Below are positions 38,710-49,814 of a stretch of DNA of 64,000 nt, piece by piece. The stretch covers positions 2,336,001 through 2,400,000 of the forward strand of contig CBDHHL010000056.1 of NCBI GenBank assembly GCA_965263355.1, read 5' to 3'. Within the stretch, counting starts at the first letter, position 1. The number at the start of each line of letters is the position of its first letter. The translations under genes and the position numbers were made by a program. The notes beneath the pieces are model-generated. The model was not told where the DNA came from. It made no database searches and saw only the letters and a program-made list of their open reading frames with translations. Source of the DNA: Leptolyngbyaceae cyanobacterium (GTDB taxonomy: Bacteria; Cyanobacteriota; Cyanobacteriia; Phormidesmidales; Phormidesmidaceae).

Positions 38710-38778
38710 GCCCTACTGATTTTTAACAGACAGTAGGCAATGCTCATCTTGCAAGAAAAAAGACAAAACATATTTCCT

Positions 38779-40260
38779 ATGCAAACACTCGCATCTCCTA
38801 ACCCATCCACTGGCTTTGATATAGATGATTGGCGTAGCGGTTATCGCTCACAACCAAATGAATATGCTTACGAAATCGATAATATTGACGGCACGATTCC
38901 AGCTAATTTAGCAGGCACACTATTCCGTAATGGTCCAGGACTACTGGACATTGCCGGACATCCGGTACATCATCCGTTCGATGGTGATGGCATGATTACG
39001 GCAATCACTATTGCAAATGGCAAAGCATTCTTTCGCAATCGCTTTGTACGTACCGAAGGCTATGTCAAAGAACAAGCTGCTGGTAAACCATTGTTCCGTG
39101 GTGTCTTTGGCACTCAAAAACCCGGCGGTCCTTTAGCCAATGCCTTTGACCTCCGCTTGAAGAATGTTGCTAATACCAATGTAATCTACTGGGGTGGCAA
39201 ACTATTGGCCCTGTGGGAAGCGTCAGAACCCTATCAGCTTAATCCAACTACCCTAGAAACTCTTGGGCCCGATTATTTAGACGGTGTGCTTAGATCTGGA
39301 GAGGCATTTTCGGCCCATCCTCGGATTGACCCTTGCTGCGAGCTGACCAACGATCAACCCTGTCTTGTTAACTTTGGCGTTAAAACCGGTCTTTCCAGCA
39401 CTATTACCCTCTACGAATTTGACCCAAAGGGTCGTCTGGTTCACACCCACCGTCGTGATATTCCAGGGTTTGCCTTTTTACACGATTTTGCCATTACCCC
39501 TAACTACTGCATCTTCTTTCAAAATCCAGTGAGCTTTAACCCGGTACCTTACCTAACAGGCTTTAAAGGCGCTGCCGAATGCATTCAGTTCAATCCTAAA
39601 CAACCGACTCACGCCCTAATTATTCCTCGAGATGGCATACGTCCAATCCAGACTATAGACCTGCCACCCTGTTTTGTTTTCCACCATGCCAATGCGTTTG
39701 AGGCTAACAGCAAAGTATATTTAGATTCGGTTTGTTATCAAGATTTCCCTGATCTGAAAGGTGCAGACAATTACCTAGAAGCGGATTTTAGTCGTATTCC
39801 CGAGGGGCAGCTATGGCGGTTTGAATTAAATCTAACTACATGCACCAGTCAGGCTGAATGCTTGATTGAGCGAGGCTGCGAGTTTCCAGCCTTGCATCCC
39901 CATCAGGTCGGTCGCCCCTATCGGTATCTATACATCGGTGTCACCCATCACCCCCATGGCAATGCACCACTCCAGGCTGTAATGAAACGAGATTTAACCA
40001 CAGGGCAAGAAGACATTTGGAGTTTTGCCCCTCGAGGTTTTGTTGGTGAACCCATTTTTGTACCTCATCCCCAGGGGACAATAGAGGATGAGGGGTGGAT
40101 ATTAAGTCTGATCTATAACGCTGAGCGCTATTGCTCAGAGCTGGCAATTTTAGACGCCCAAAAAATTACTGAAGGCCCCGTAGCTACACTCAAACTTCCT
40201 CATCATATTCCTTATGGTCTACATGGTAATTTCATGCAAAATTTGGCCATCACCGTTTAG
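38779..40260 (+). CDS. Carotenoid oxygenase (apocarotenoid oxygenase, RPE65 family)
   Basis: FRNGPG, HPFDGDG, and four Fe-binding His contexts (SAHP, LHDF, FHHAN, GLHG). Confidence 0.92.
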   Translation: MQTLASPNPSTGFDIDDWRSGYRSQPNEYAYEIDNIDGTIPANLAGTLFRNGPGLLDIAGHPVHHPFDGDGMITAITIANGKAFFRNRFVRTEGYVKEQAAGKPLFRGVFGTQKPGGPLANAFDLRLKNVANTNVIYWGGKLLALWEASEPYQLNPTTLETLGPDYLDGVLRSGEAFSAHPRIDPCCELTNDQPCLVNFGVKTGLSSTITLYEFDPKGRLVHTHRRDIPGFAFLHDFAITPNYCIFFQNPVSFNPVPYLTGFKGAAECIQFNPKQPTHALIIPRDGIRPIQTIDLPPCFVFHHANAFEANSKVYLDSVCYQDFPDLKGADNYLEADFSRIPEGQLWRFELNLTTCTSQAECLIERGCEFPALHPHQVGRPYRYLYIGVTHHPHGNAPLQAVMKRDLTTGQEDIWSFAPRGFVGEPIFVPHPQGTIEDEGWILSLIYNAERYCSELAILDAQKITEGPVATLKLPHHIPYGLHGNFMQNLAITV

Positions 40261-40410
40261 ACAAAGCGGTTTTTACAGACAACTGCCAACTAGCTGTAAT
40301 ATCTGGCCGATCAGCGATAGCACTAATTTATGACAGTCAGCAGTTGTAGTCTGGCAACAGACGGGCACTATGCTTAGTGTAGTCAAGTAATAAATAACAC
40401 CCGTACCGAG

Positions 40411-40695
40411 ATGAATAACATTCAAGCATCAGGTAAGGAAATCTTGAACTATCGACTGCGACCTAATGAGAAAGGCATCTACCTCGACATTTGGGAAAAT
40501 AGTTCTGCTTTGACTCCAGGTCAGGCATCATATCGCTTTTTTGTCACCTATCAGCTTAAATCCATTGATGACGCTCAAACGATTTTAGACCAGTACCTGA
40601 TAGCCAATGACATGTACAACGCTGTACCGTCCAATGATGCAGTTACCCCTATTCATTTACGCACACTAGCCATTTCACCATCCTTAGGTAGCTAA
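40411..40695 (+). CDS. Hypothetical protein
   Basis: 94-aa ATG ORF filling an intergenic gap; no recognised motif. Confidence 0.5.
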   Translation: MNNIQASGKEILNYRLRPNEKGIYLDIWENSSALTPGQASYRFFVTYQLKSIDDAQTILDQYLIANDMYNAVPSNDAVTPIHLRTLAISPSLGS

Positions 40696-40696
40696 T

Positions 40697-41113
40697 TCAA
40701 GGGGTGTCAGTCGATTGCAACTGATACTGTTTTGCTTCCAAATAGTAGTCTCCCAAGTCTGCTCCATTAATGGGAATCGCTTCGTAACGTAGAATCCCGT
40801 CTACGTATACCTGCTGTCCTACTTTTGGAGCAACCTGCTGGGTCAAAATCCATATTTGTCCAGTACTATCATCAACCTGATACAGCCAACTATTCAACAG
40901 TGATACACGCTGAGTCACTACACCAGCCAAAGAAATGGACTGCTCAACTTGCTGAGGCTGACGTAACGCATCAATTTTGATAGTTGATTTAGACCGAAAG
41001 AGCACTGGCTCTTTAGACACTTGGCTCCTTGATGGGGGCTGGCAACCTATGCAAAAAGTTAAAACACCAATGCTCAGCCCGACTAAGGTCAATCTACATT
41101 TAAAAAAACTCAT
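40697..41113 (-). CDS. Hypothetical OB-fold lipoprotein
   Basis: Lipobox CIGC; YQVDDSTGQIW OB-fold-like motif. Confidence 0.7.
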   Translation of the reverse strand: MSFFKCRLTLVGLSIGVLTFCIGCQPPSRSQVSKEPVLFRSKSTIKIDALRQPQQVEQSISLAGVVTQRVSLLNSWLYQVDDSTGQIWILTQQVAPKVGQQVYVDGILRYEAIPINGADLGDYYLEAKQYQLQSTDTP

Positions 41114-41300
41114 CGCATAAAGAAGCTGTCAGGGTTAAAGTCTAATAACATTCAATTAAGGATTAGACCGGTCGCTATTGATAACTTGATGTTTGGGCCA
41201 GGGAATAGCCTTTGGTACTCTGAGAACAGCCTATGTGGCTAGTATCCCCTAATTGACTAGCTACGTCGGCAGACTCGCCGATAAAGTTAGCAAAAACTTC

Positions 41301-42170
41301 ATGGCCCAACGGTTAGATGGCAAAGCACTTGCCCACAAAATTCAGTCCCAACTCGCAGCGGAACTTGCCCATGAGAGTGCGCAGAAGGTGCGCCCACCTG
41401 GTTTAGCCGTTATTATGGTTGGAGACAATCCGGCCAGCGCTGCCTACGTCAGAAATAAAGAACGAGCCTGTGAACGAGTGGGGATTGCTTCCTTTGGTGC
41501 CCATTTGTCAGCCGATACTTCTCAAGCAACTGTTAATGCACTGATTGATCAGTTAAACCAGGATGACCGAGTAGATGGCATTTTAATTCAGTTACCTCTA
41601 CCTGCACATTTAGATTCGGTCGCTTTACTCAATCGTATTGACCCAGCTAAAGATGCCGACGGTCTTCATCCAGAAAATATGGGTCGACTAATGCGTGGAG
41701 AACCTGGTCTGCGCAGTTGCACGCCAGCTGGTGTAATGGCTGTTCTCAAGGAGTATAAGATTGAGCCCGGTGGAAAAAAGGCTGTCATCCTGGGACGTAG
41801 TATTTTAGTGGGGAAACCTATGGCACTGATGCTGTTAGAAGCAAATGCCACCGTCACTATTGCTCACTCCCGAACCCAAAATTTACCCGAACTCTGCCGA
41901 CAGGCAGATATTCTAGTGGCGGCGGTGGGTCGTCCTAACCTGGTAGCTGCAAATTGGGTCAAGCCTCAGGCAACTATCATTGATGTGGGCATCAATCGTA
42001 TCCAGGATATTGAGGCGGGCAAATCTCGGCTGGTTGGGGATGTAGATTTTGCCAGGGTAGAGCCCATCGCTGGAGCCATTACCCCTGTGCCGGGTGGAAT
42101 TGGCCCTATGACAGTGACCATGTTGTTGCAGAATACAGTATTAAGCTACCGTAAGCGATTTAATGATTAA
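41301..42170 (+). CDS. folD: Methylenetetrahydrofolate dehydrogenase/cyclohydrolase
   Basis: [37 protein letters not shown]. Confidence 0.97.
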   Translation: MAQRLDGKALAHKIQSQLAAELAHESAQKVRPPGLAVIMVGDNPASAAYVRNKERACERVGIASFGAHLSADTSQATVNALIDQLNQDDRVDGILIQLPLPAHLDSVALLNRIDPAKDADGLHPENMGRLMRGEPGLRSCTPAGVMAVLKEYKIEPGGKKAVILGRSILVGKPMALMLLEANATVTIAHSRTQNLPELCRQADILVAAVGRPNLVAANWVKPQATIIDVGINRIQDIEAGKSRLVGDVDFARVEPIAGAITPVPGGIGPMTVTMLLQNTVLSYRKRFND

Positions 42171-42303
42171 TGAATAGTTAACGTTAGCTCTTTTGTTTTG
42201 GCGCAAGTTTTCAAGTGAGCGCTGACGCTATTAGCAAATTGCCTTGCCATAGCAAATTGCGTTTGCCATAGCCCTACAAACTCATATATCCCTTTGTGTA
42301 ATC

Positions 42304-43212
42304 ATGATGACCACTGATGTTGCCGCTGCTTTTGATCTTAAAACCTACCTCGCGACCAAGTGTACTGAGGTAGAAGCAGCTTTAGAGCAGTCACTGCCAG
42401 TGGTCTATCCCGAAACCATTTACGAGTCAATGCGCTATTCATTGATGGCGGGTGGTAAACGATTGCGACCAATTCTCTGTTTAGCCACCTGTGAATTGGT
42501 AGGGGGCACCATCGAGCAAGCGATGCCCACGGCCTGTGCTTTAGAAATGGTGCATACCATGTCGCTAATCCACGACGATTTACCAGCTATGGACAATGAC
42601 GATTATCGCCGGGGCAAGCTGACAAACCATAAAGTTTATGGTGACGATGTTGCAATTTTGGCAGGTGATGCACTTTTAGCCTACGCATTTGAGTTTATTG
42701 CTGACCGCACGGAACATGTCTCCCCCAAGGCTGTGCTGGAAGTTATTCGTCGCTTGGGTAAAGCAGTGGGGGCAGCTGGACTAGTGGGTGGACAGATTGT
42801 AGATTTGGCATCTGAAGGCAAACCTAATACATCTATTGAAACCCTTAACTTTATTCATATGCACAAGACAGCCGCCCTACTTGAGGTTTCGGTAATCTCA
42901 GGCGCGATCCTGGCAGGTGCAGAAACGGAGGCAGTAGCACATCTCTCTCGCTATGCTCAAAATATTGGTCTGGCCTTCCAGATTGTGGACGATATCTTGG
43001 ATATCACCTCCACCCAGGAAGAGCTAGGGAAATCGATTGGCAAAGACATTCAAGCTCAAAAAGCAACTTATCCCAGTATTTGGGGACTGGATGAATCAAG
43101 AAAACAGGCGAATACCTTAATCCAAACTGCCAAGGATGAACTAGCAACCTTTAGTCACTTAAAGCAGCCTTTGGTTGCGATCGCAGATTACATCACCGCA
43201 CGTACGAATTAA
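42304..43212 (+). CDS. crtE: Geranylgeranyl diphosphate synthase
   Basis: [38 protein letters not shown]. Confidence 0.95.
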   Translation: MMTTDVAAAFDLKTYLATKCTEVEAALEQSLPVVYPETIYESMRYSLMAGGKRLRPILCLATCELVGGTIEQAMPTACALEMVHTMSLIHDDLPAMDNDDYRRGKLTNHKVYGDDVAILAGDALLAYAFEFIADRTEHVSPKAVLEVIRRLGKAVGAAGLVGGQIVDLASEGKPNTSIETLNFIHMHKTAALLEVSVISGAILAGAETEAVAHLSRYAQNIGLAFQIVDDILDITSTQEELGKSIGKDIQAQKATYPSIWGLDESRKQANTLIQTAKDELATFSHLKQPLVAIADYITARTN

Positions 43213-43236
43213 TACCTCATTTACATCTGGATCTAT

Positions 43237-43689
43237 ATGGAAGCCTTCAACGAAATCTTTCAGAACCACGTTCTTGTCGTGTCGCTGGTCGCCTGTGTCA
43301 GTGCTCAGTTACTCAAGCTAATTATTGAAGTCATCAGCCATCAACGACTCAACTTACATGTTCTAGTTGAAACAGGTGGTATGCCTAGCTCTCATTCTGC
43401 TCTGGTAGCTGCTTTAGCTTGTGGTATTGGCCAAACCATCGGCTGGTCTAGCCCAGCATTCGCAGTGACCGCCGTGTTTGCCGTCATTGTCATGTATGAC
43501 GCTGCCGGAGTTAGACAAGCAGCTGGAAAACAGGCAAGGGTAATCAATCAAATCGTAGACGAGTTCTTCAATGATCAGGAATTTCAAGAAGATCGACTCA
43601 AAGAATTGCTAGGACATACACCTGTCCAAGTTCTTGCCGGTGCGGCTCTCGGCGTCTTTATCGGTTTACTCGCCGCACCAACCTATTAA
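43237..43689 (+). CDS. Divergent PAP2 family (DUF212) membrane protein
   Basis: GGMPSSHSA, MYDAAGVR, LGHTP; follows crtE as is usual in cyanobacteria. Confidence 0.92.
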   Translation: MEAFNEIFQNHVLVVSLVACVSAQLLKLIIEVISHQRLNLHVLVETGGMPSSHSALVAALACGIGQTIGWSSPAFAVTAVFAVIVMYDAAGVRQAAGKQARVINQIVDEFFNDQEFQEDRLKELLGHTPVQVLAGAALGVFIGLLAAPTY

Positions 43690-43700
43690 CACCAGATCGA

Positions 43701-44456
43701 TTATCGAATAGTATCGGTTAGTCGAATTACCTGCTGACCATCGACCAAGAATGAAGTGAGCCCACTATCCACTAATTGCTGTAATTTAGCTGCTGCCGCC
43801 GATGAGTCGGTGGTATGCATAACCAACAGATAGGGGTGCTCTAGGTAAACAGCTAGACCGATATTGCCCTGTTGGGCTAAGTCGCGGCCAATAGCTGGAT
43901 TTTGCTGATAGTCCACCAGTACTGCAACACCCTCTCCTAGCAGACTGGGCTCATACTGTGGCAACTGACCAGATTGATCACCAGGAGCCTTAACAGAGAC
44001 CACTTCCACAGGCTCTATAGGTGATGAGGACGGCGTCGTTTCAGTTTCCGTAGGTTGTGCTTCGCTAGGTATTGATACGGCCACGATTGGTTCTTGTCCA
44101 GGAGCTGAGTCTGCTCCAGGAGCTGATACACCTGCTAGAGTCGATGACTCTACAACAACGGTATTCAATTCTTCAATGTCATTTAAGTACAAAGCCCAAG
44201 AGTTAGCCACCTCAAGCGAGTTAAACCCTCCCGCTCGCACAACTGGGTCTCCTAAATAGCTACAGACTAGAGTTGGCTTATCAACTGGCAGTACGGATAT
44301 GGCGCGATCTCGAGTGGCTTGATCATCACCACGCACTAGTAATAAATACTCTCCCGTTGCAGGAGGAGGGCAATCAGGATAATTCTGAGCCACCCCCTGT
44401 CCACCAATACTCAGAAGCAAAAATACCGTTACTCTACCTAGCCACCGATAGCCCAT
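43701..44456 (-). CDS. Hypothetical exported protein
   Basis: Signal peptide; CPPPATGEYLLLV; YQPxxLG/AVLVDY-type C-terminal domain seen in cyanobacterial hypotheticals. Confidence 0.7.
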   Translation of the reverse strand: MGYRWLGRVTVFLLLSIGGQGVAQNYPDCPPPATGEYLLLVRGDDQATRDRAISVLPVDKPTLVCSYLGDPVVRAGGFNSLEVANSWALYLNDIEELNTVVVESSTLAGVSAPGADSAPGQEPIVAVSIPSEAQPTETETTPSSSPIEPVEVVSVKAPGDQSGQLPQYEPSLLGEGVAVLVDYQQNPAIGRDLAQQGNIGLAVYLEHPYLLVMHTTDSSAAAAKLQQLVDSGLTSFLVDGQQVIRLTDTIR

Positions 44457-44557
44457 AACTCGATCCCCCAGCTAACTAAATCGCATGCATATCCAAAACT
44501 GGATTTGTGGGTAAAACAGTCCCCAGAGTTTCAGTTTGACTAGGGATTATAGCTTTA

Positions 44558-44887
44558 TTAAGTCGCAGTTGCTAAGGAGACTAACGGATCACTCACCGAC
44601 GTTAATGGCACCGTAAACTCTCCAGTCGCAACATACTCCAGTCGCAGCTTCAGCCAGGTAACAAATGTTTTATCAGTTGAAACTACAGCAGCAGCAGGTT
44701 GTGGACAACTTGCTTTAACGGTCTCTAAATCAGGGGATTCCAAGAAAGCGGGCTGTTTAATGAGCCAAAAGTCAATCTCTTTTTCTTTTTCTTGATAATG
44801 ACGTCGTCGCTCTTTAAGCACCTCCTCTAGGGGTTCTTCTTCCAACAAAAAGCGCTGACTGGCTACGGCGTAATAGTATGTCGTCAT
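44558..44887 (-). CDS. ycf54: Ycf54, Mg-protoporphyrin IX monomethyl ester cyclase accessory protein
   Basis: YYYAVASQRFLLEEEPLEEVLKER, DFWLIKQPAFL, WLKLRLEYV. Confidence 0.93.
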   Translation of the reverse strand: MTTYYYAVASQRFLLEEEPLEEVLKERRRHYQEKEKEIDFWLIKQPAFLESPDLETVKASCPQPAAAVVSTDKTFVTWLKLRLEYVATGEFTVPLTSVSDPLVSLATAT

Positions 44888-45114
44888 ACGTCTGATAAAA
44901 GAGATAAAGGTAATGAGTTCCTAAGCAAACTCTGTTTTCCAATCCAATAGACAGGATTTTAACAGGGAATGTAGAAACCCCTGCATATTCTGTAATTAAA
45001 CCTTGTTAAGGTTATACAGCCCAGGCATCAATAGACTCTGAACCGATGAGAAAATTACATCAAGCATTTATAGAGAGCTATTAAACCTGCCAAATTGGCA
45101 TGAGGAAAACGCTA

Positions 45115-47322
45115 CTAAAAATCGATTGGCACTGCAGCAACAGTTCGTGGAGTTTCCTGTACATCCTCATCTACCAGATAACCGTCGTCATCTTCGAAAT
45201 CAACATTATCTTCATCCTGAAGAGTAACGTTAGCACCATTAATCAAAACTCCCAACAAGCGGATATCTTCATTAAGATCGAGTTCCTCAAGGGCAGTATT
45301 CAAGACAGCTCTTTCGGTAACACCAGGCCGAGCTATCAACATCATGCCATCCGTCTGTTCCTCTAGAAGCAACGCATCATCCACACGACTTAGGGAAGGT
45401 GTATCCAAAATCACCATATCAAAGCGCTCACGGGCATCATCTAAAAAACGACGCATCTCACTGGATTCAAGTATGGCAGCCGCCTGACGTTGAGGTCCAG
45501 GACTGGGAGATACATATAGGTTCTCAATAAATGGAACCATGCGAATATTATCGCCAACGCTACCACCGTAGTAGCGCAATGGCTCCATCAAAACTCGCTC
45601 ATCGTTAACTAAACCTAGATATTGCGCCTTCGATCCCGAACGCAAATCGGCTTCCACTACAAGCGTACGTCGTCCAGCGTGCGCAGCTGCAATAGCTAAG
45701 TTGTATGCGGTAATACTTTTACCTTCATCAGCGATCGTGCTAGTCACTAGTACCACCCTGGGACCAATTACACTATCCTCAAAACCGGTCAATCGCAGTT
45801 TACTCAAGCAGCGCTCGTAGCTACTATGATACTGAGAATCTGCTTGCGCCAAAATTGGAGCAGCCTTTGCTGGACGAGTACGAATAATGGGCACAGCGCC
45901 CAGTATAGGCATATCCTGATCACGTAGCAATTTCTCCAAATCCTCAGGCGTACGGATAGTACCGTCAAGCATATCTAGCAAGAAGATAACCCCTCCACCA
46001 GCGACCAACCCCAGTAGCCCTCCTGCCAGTAAAATAGTCGCCGGATTGGGCTTTTCAGGCTCATTAATTGCTGCTAGGGGCTGATTAGCTACAGTCAAAC
46101 TACTCACAGTTTCAGCTTCAGCAGCCTCGGCATCAACAATTCGCGCTTGAATCTGATCGTAGAGTGCTTTTTTCAAACCAACCTGATATGCTAGTCGCTC
46201 ACGCTCCAGTTGCTTATTCGGCAGACTAGAATATTGCTTACGCAGATCTTGAGCTGACAGAGCTAGTACTTGACTTTGACTAATCAAAGTATCTTTTTCA
46301 GTTTGCAAGGTCACTAATTGATTTGCCAAGGCAGCGCGAGCGGGATCTAAATTGCCATTAATATTGATAACACCAGCTGGTAAAGCTGCAGTTTGACCAT
46401 CCCCAGACAAAACATCACTCACGCGTCGATTTAGCTGGGATTGTATAGCATTCAGATTACGCAAAGCGGTCACCACAGCGGGATGATCGGCCCGATGATC
46501 CGATGCCTGTAATAAGCTCAGTTCATTTTCGAGCTGATAACTTTGCGCCCGTAAATTGGCAATTAAAGGATCAGCACTGAGTGCTGATGAAACATAAGCT
46601 TCATCAGCACTCAGACCTAACCGCTGCTGCAAACTTTGAATTTGGGCATCAATTCCAGCTAATGTAATTTGATTCTGACGAATCTGCTGCTGACTGCCTG
46701 AAATTTGCCCCAGCAAACTTCCGTCTAATGCAGCTTGAATAGCAGGTCCTTCCTGACGATCATATTGCTCTAGAGTTTGTTCAGCCTGCCTAAGAGCACT
46801 TTCAATAGGAGGAAGTCGTTCATTGAGAGCATCAATAATTGCCTGTAGTCGTGCTTTATTACGTACACGACTAAATTCAACCATAAGCTGGAAAAGACCG
46901 CTGAGAACAATGACTGCTATTTCCTCATCCGCATGGATAAAACTGACGTCGGCTCTTAGCCCTGGTTGATCCTTTTTACCACCACCGATCCTCACAATCG
47001 TATTACTACGAATATCCCCCGGAGTCAAATCTATGCCCCGAGCAATCAACTGTCGAGAGGCCTCGTCAAGCAACAACTCAGAGAGCAACTGATCTTCATC
47101 CAGAATGCCCTTACCAGCCTGCTCAATGGTAGTAGCCGTAGTCGTTAATGAAACCAAAGGACCACTGTCGACCAACGTTCCCTTGGCAATATATTCAACC
47201 GGCGGCGGTGGCTGCAAAGCCACAACTCCCGAAGCGCCCAAAATAGATAACAAGCATGTTAGTCCAGCCCACTTATATCGCTGAACAGCTAATAAATATC
47301 GCTTGATAACAGGAGATACCAT
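45115..47322 (-). CDS. wzc: Wzc/GumC-like polysaccharide co-polymerase with a BY-kinase domain
   Basis: Two TM segments flanking a coiled coil; TSTIADEGKS, VEADLR, ILDTP. Confidence 0.85.
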   Translation of the reverse strand: MVSPVIKRYLLAVQRYKWAGLTCLLSILGASGVVALQPPPPVEYIAKGTLVDSGPLVSLTTTATTIEQAGKGILDEDQLLSELLLDEASRQLIARGIDLTPGDIRSNTIVRIGGGKKDQPGLRADVSFIHADEEIAVIVLSGLFQLMVEFSRVRNKARLQAIIDALNERLPPIESALRQAEQTLEQYDRQEGPAIQAALDGSLLGQISGSQQQIRQNQITLAGIDAQIQSLQQRLGLSADEAYVSSALSADPLIANLRAQSYQLENELSLLQASDHRADHPAVVTALRNLNAIQSQLNRRVSDVLSGDGQTAALPAGVININGNLDPARAALANQLVTLQTEKDTLISQSQVLALSAQDLRKQYSSLPNKQLERERLAYQVGLKKALYDQIQARIVDAEAAEAETVSSLTVANQPLAAINEPEKPNPATILLAGGLLGLVAGGGVIFLLDMLDGTIRTPEDLEKLLRDQDMPILGAVPIIRTRPAKAAPILAQADSQYHSSYERCLSKLRLTGFEDSVIGPRVVLVTSTIADEGKSITAYNLAIAAAHAGRRTLVVEADLRSGSKAQYLGLVNDERVLMEPLRYYGGSVGDNIRMVPFIENLYVSPSPGPQRQAAAILESSEMRRFLDDARERFDMVILDTPSLSRVDDALLLEEQTDGMMLIARPGVTERAVLNTALEELDLNEDIRLLGVLINGANVTLQDEDNVDFEDDDGYLVDEDVQETPRTVAAVPIDF

Positions 47323-47494
47323 GGACAGTCCTCGGATAAAAAGAACTAGATGAAATCAAGGCCCTGAATCATTTGATCAGGTGAAGTGAATCCGTACATC
47401 AGACATCCAGATCGCTGATCTAGACTTAAAGAAATCATAGCTCAATCATTCCATACATATCCTGCATGAAGATATGCCATGGGAACAAACTGCC

Positions 47495-48922
47495 CTAATT
47501 GAAAAAGTCACCGTTGAAAATACCATCAAAAAAGAGTATGAAGCTCAGGACATCTTGAAAGGGTTGAGTGATAGTGTCTATAGCAAAAGCAATGCGATTA
47601 ATCAAGTTCCGACCCACTACAATCACATCGTTGTCTCGCAGAGGCGGGTTTTGGGTAGGATCCCCATAGAGTGCATCCTTAGCATTTAACTTAGTAATTG
47701 CCGGTCTACCCTGTTCTGGATCAAACCTGATTAATGCGACTGAACGTAAATTAGCCTGGTTAAGTGGTAAGCCAATACCAGCCCCTCCCCTTACGGCATC
47801 ACCCACTAATGCATCTACAAATGTACTACCATTAGGCAGTCGTTGCCCTCTAACAACGCCACCAGGATAATTAAATACTCGAACTAAAATATCCGGTTGC
47901 GCCAAAGTAGAACGGGTAACAAAATTCACGTCATAATCATATGCCTGGGCTGGATCAAGTCGAGAAATGATTACAACATCCCCATTCTCAAGACGTTCCT
48001 CCGGCAGTGGCAAGCCATCACGGACGGGCGTATACAGGTCAACTGTTTTCTCTATCACACGGTTATTTGGCAAACGGCGCTGAATTCGGATCTCACGCAA
48101 ATCAGCTGTACTACGTGCCCCTCCTGCAGCCAAGAGTGCAGCTGTCACCCGCGGAGCTTGCAAGGGATATAAACCTGGACGTTCAATTTCTCCCAACATA
48201 ATAACTTCCACTCCACGCTGAGCCGTTAAAGTCAACGTGACATCGGGCACGCGATACTGACGTGGGTTATCACCCCTTAAAGCTTGATAGTTAGGAAGAA
48301 TACGTCGATTAATCTCTACCTCAGCGATCTGATAGGGCACCCCCTGAAGTGCATTTGCTAAGCCGATGGAACGTATTTCTGCAAGCACCACGTACTGATT
48401 ATATACAGCACGAATTCTATTTTCCGCCTGATTAAGCGTTAAGCCTTGCAAAGGCACAGCTCCTTCAATGGGCAAAATCACATTCCCTTGCTGATCAAGA
48501 GTTGCCTGAAATGAGAGGTCAGGAAAGCGCTGAACACTCACAAAAATACCATCGCCAGGACCTAAACGATATTCTTCGAAAGCATCCTCAATTGATCCAG
48601 GAGTAGAAGAGCCAGTACGAATCAGTAAATCTAAATCATCTAACGTTGGTCGACGTTCCAACACTTCCACTGTCGGGACCTCTGACTCTGTTGCGCCTTC
48701 AAGCACCAAAGCATCATCATCCTGTTCGTCAGGAGTCATAGGCTTCTCAAGCTGCGCTGATTCCTCGATAGTATCTTCCGATAGTGGTAATACTGACTGA
48801 GATACACTAGCCTCCTGCCAAAGAAACCAGCAGGCTGTACTTAACACAATCTGGCTAGCCAACATAGCTAACCTTTTCTCCAAAACGAGTTGGAATATTG
48901 GGGCATTTTTGACGGGTATCAT
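47495..48922 (-). CDS. wza: Polysaccharide export protein (Wza-like, SLBB repeats)
   Basis: YRLGPGDGI, GEIERPG, LENGDVVII, LRDNDVIVV. Confidence 0.85.
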   Translation of the reverse strand: MIPVKNAPIFQLVLEKRLAMLASQIVLSTACWFLWQEASVSQSVLPLSEDTIEESAQLEKPMTPDEQDDDALVLEGATESEVPTVEVLERRPTLDDLDLLIRTGSSTPGSIEDAFEEYRLGPGDGIFVSVQRFPDLSFQATLDQQGNVILPIEGAVPLQGLTLNQAENRIRAVYNQYVVLAEIRSIGLANALQGVPYQIAEVEINRRILPNYQALRGDNPRQYRVPDVTLTLTAQRGVEVIMLGEIERPGLYPLQAPRVTAALLAAGGARSTADLREIRIQRRLPNNRVIEKTVDLYTPVRDGLPLPEERLENGDVVIISRLDPAQAYDYDVNFVTRSTLAQPDILVRVFNYPGGVVRGQRLPNGSTFVDALVGDAVRGGAGIGLPLNQANLRSVALIRFDPEQGRPAITKLNAKDALYGDPTQNPPLRDNDVIVVGRNLINRIAFAIDTITQPFQDVLSFILFFDGIFNGDFFN

Positions 48923-49066
48923 ACCAACTCAAAAATTAATAAAAACGTATATGAAGTTTAGTCAGCTTGTAAAAGCTATAAGTTTCTCAATGTAGCTACT
49001 GTAGCTTATCTTCTACACTATCAGAGGTTTTCAGATAAACCATGATTATGGAAACATGATTAGTTC

Positions 49067-49762
49067 CTAGGGAGCAGGGACAAACACAGTGTCTCCTAAG
49101 GACATTTGCACCAGTTGACTAAGACGCTCTAACTCTGAATAAAAAAGAGATACATCCCCTAAGGGTGGCATCGGCACAAGCAAACTAACTGCAACCCAAG
49201 GCAAGCGCTCACCTCTAATCCACTGATATTTTTGGTCTCGCCAAAACCAATGATGTGGAGCGGGATGACCACTTTCGGGCATAGCATACCATTGAGCAAC
49301 CGCAAAGGTTTGATGAGATGTCCATGCTCTAAAAGTATTGATCCTCAAAGTCCCTATCCTGAGACGCCGAGGATTGGAAGTTTGCCATTTTTGAGCGCCT
49401 TCCAAATCGATCCACTCAACTTCTGGTTGGTCGTCAGACTGCCCTTGGGGTTTTAAGAAAAGTATCATTTGGGCTGGAGCTGCCCCATTGACATGGGTCA
49501 ATTGCTGCACTGACCACTGGGAACCACCAATAGATATTTTTTGTTGAAAATCTTCGGACCAGTCGTCTATGGTTAATCCTGTTTCTTTTAGATTTCGAAT
49601 GGCACGAATTTGAGCCACTCCTGGAGGTGAGTGCCAAGGCCACTGACCAGATAAGTACTGAGGCACGGCAACAGCTGTAATCATTGCAGCTAGCAACCCA
49701 GCGACTAACCACCTTTGCCAAACGCTAGATTTAAAACCTGAAGAGAACAATGACAGCACCAT
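49067..49762 (-). CDS. Cyanoexosortase B system-associated protein
   Basis: PQYLSGQWPW, QPEVEWID, FWRDQ; directly downstream of the exosortase. Confidence 0.8.
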   Translation of the reverse strand: MVLSLFSSGFKSSVWQRWLVAGLLAAMITAVAVPQYLSGQWPWHSPPGVAQIRAIRNLKETGLTIDDWSEDFQQKISIGGSQWSVQQLTHVNGAAPAQMILFLKPQGQSDDQPEVEWIDLEGAQKWQTSNPRRLRIGTLRINTFRAWTSHQTFAVAQWYAMPESGHPAPHHWFWRDQKYQWIRGERLPWVAVSLLVPMPPLGDVSLFYSELERLSQLVQMSLGDTVFVPAP

Positions 49763-49814
49763 CTGCTACAACATCCCTAGATCAGAATTACGACATCTAG
49801 AGCTACGAAAATAT

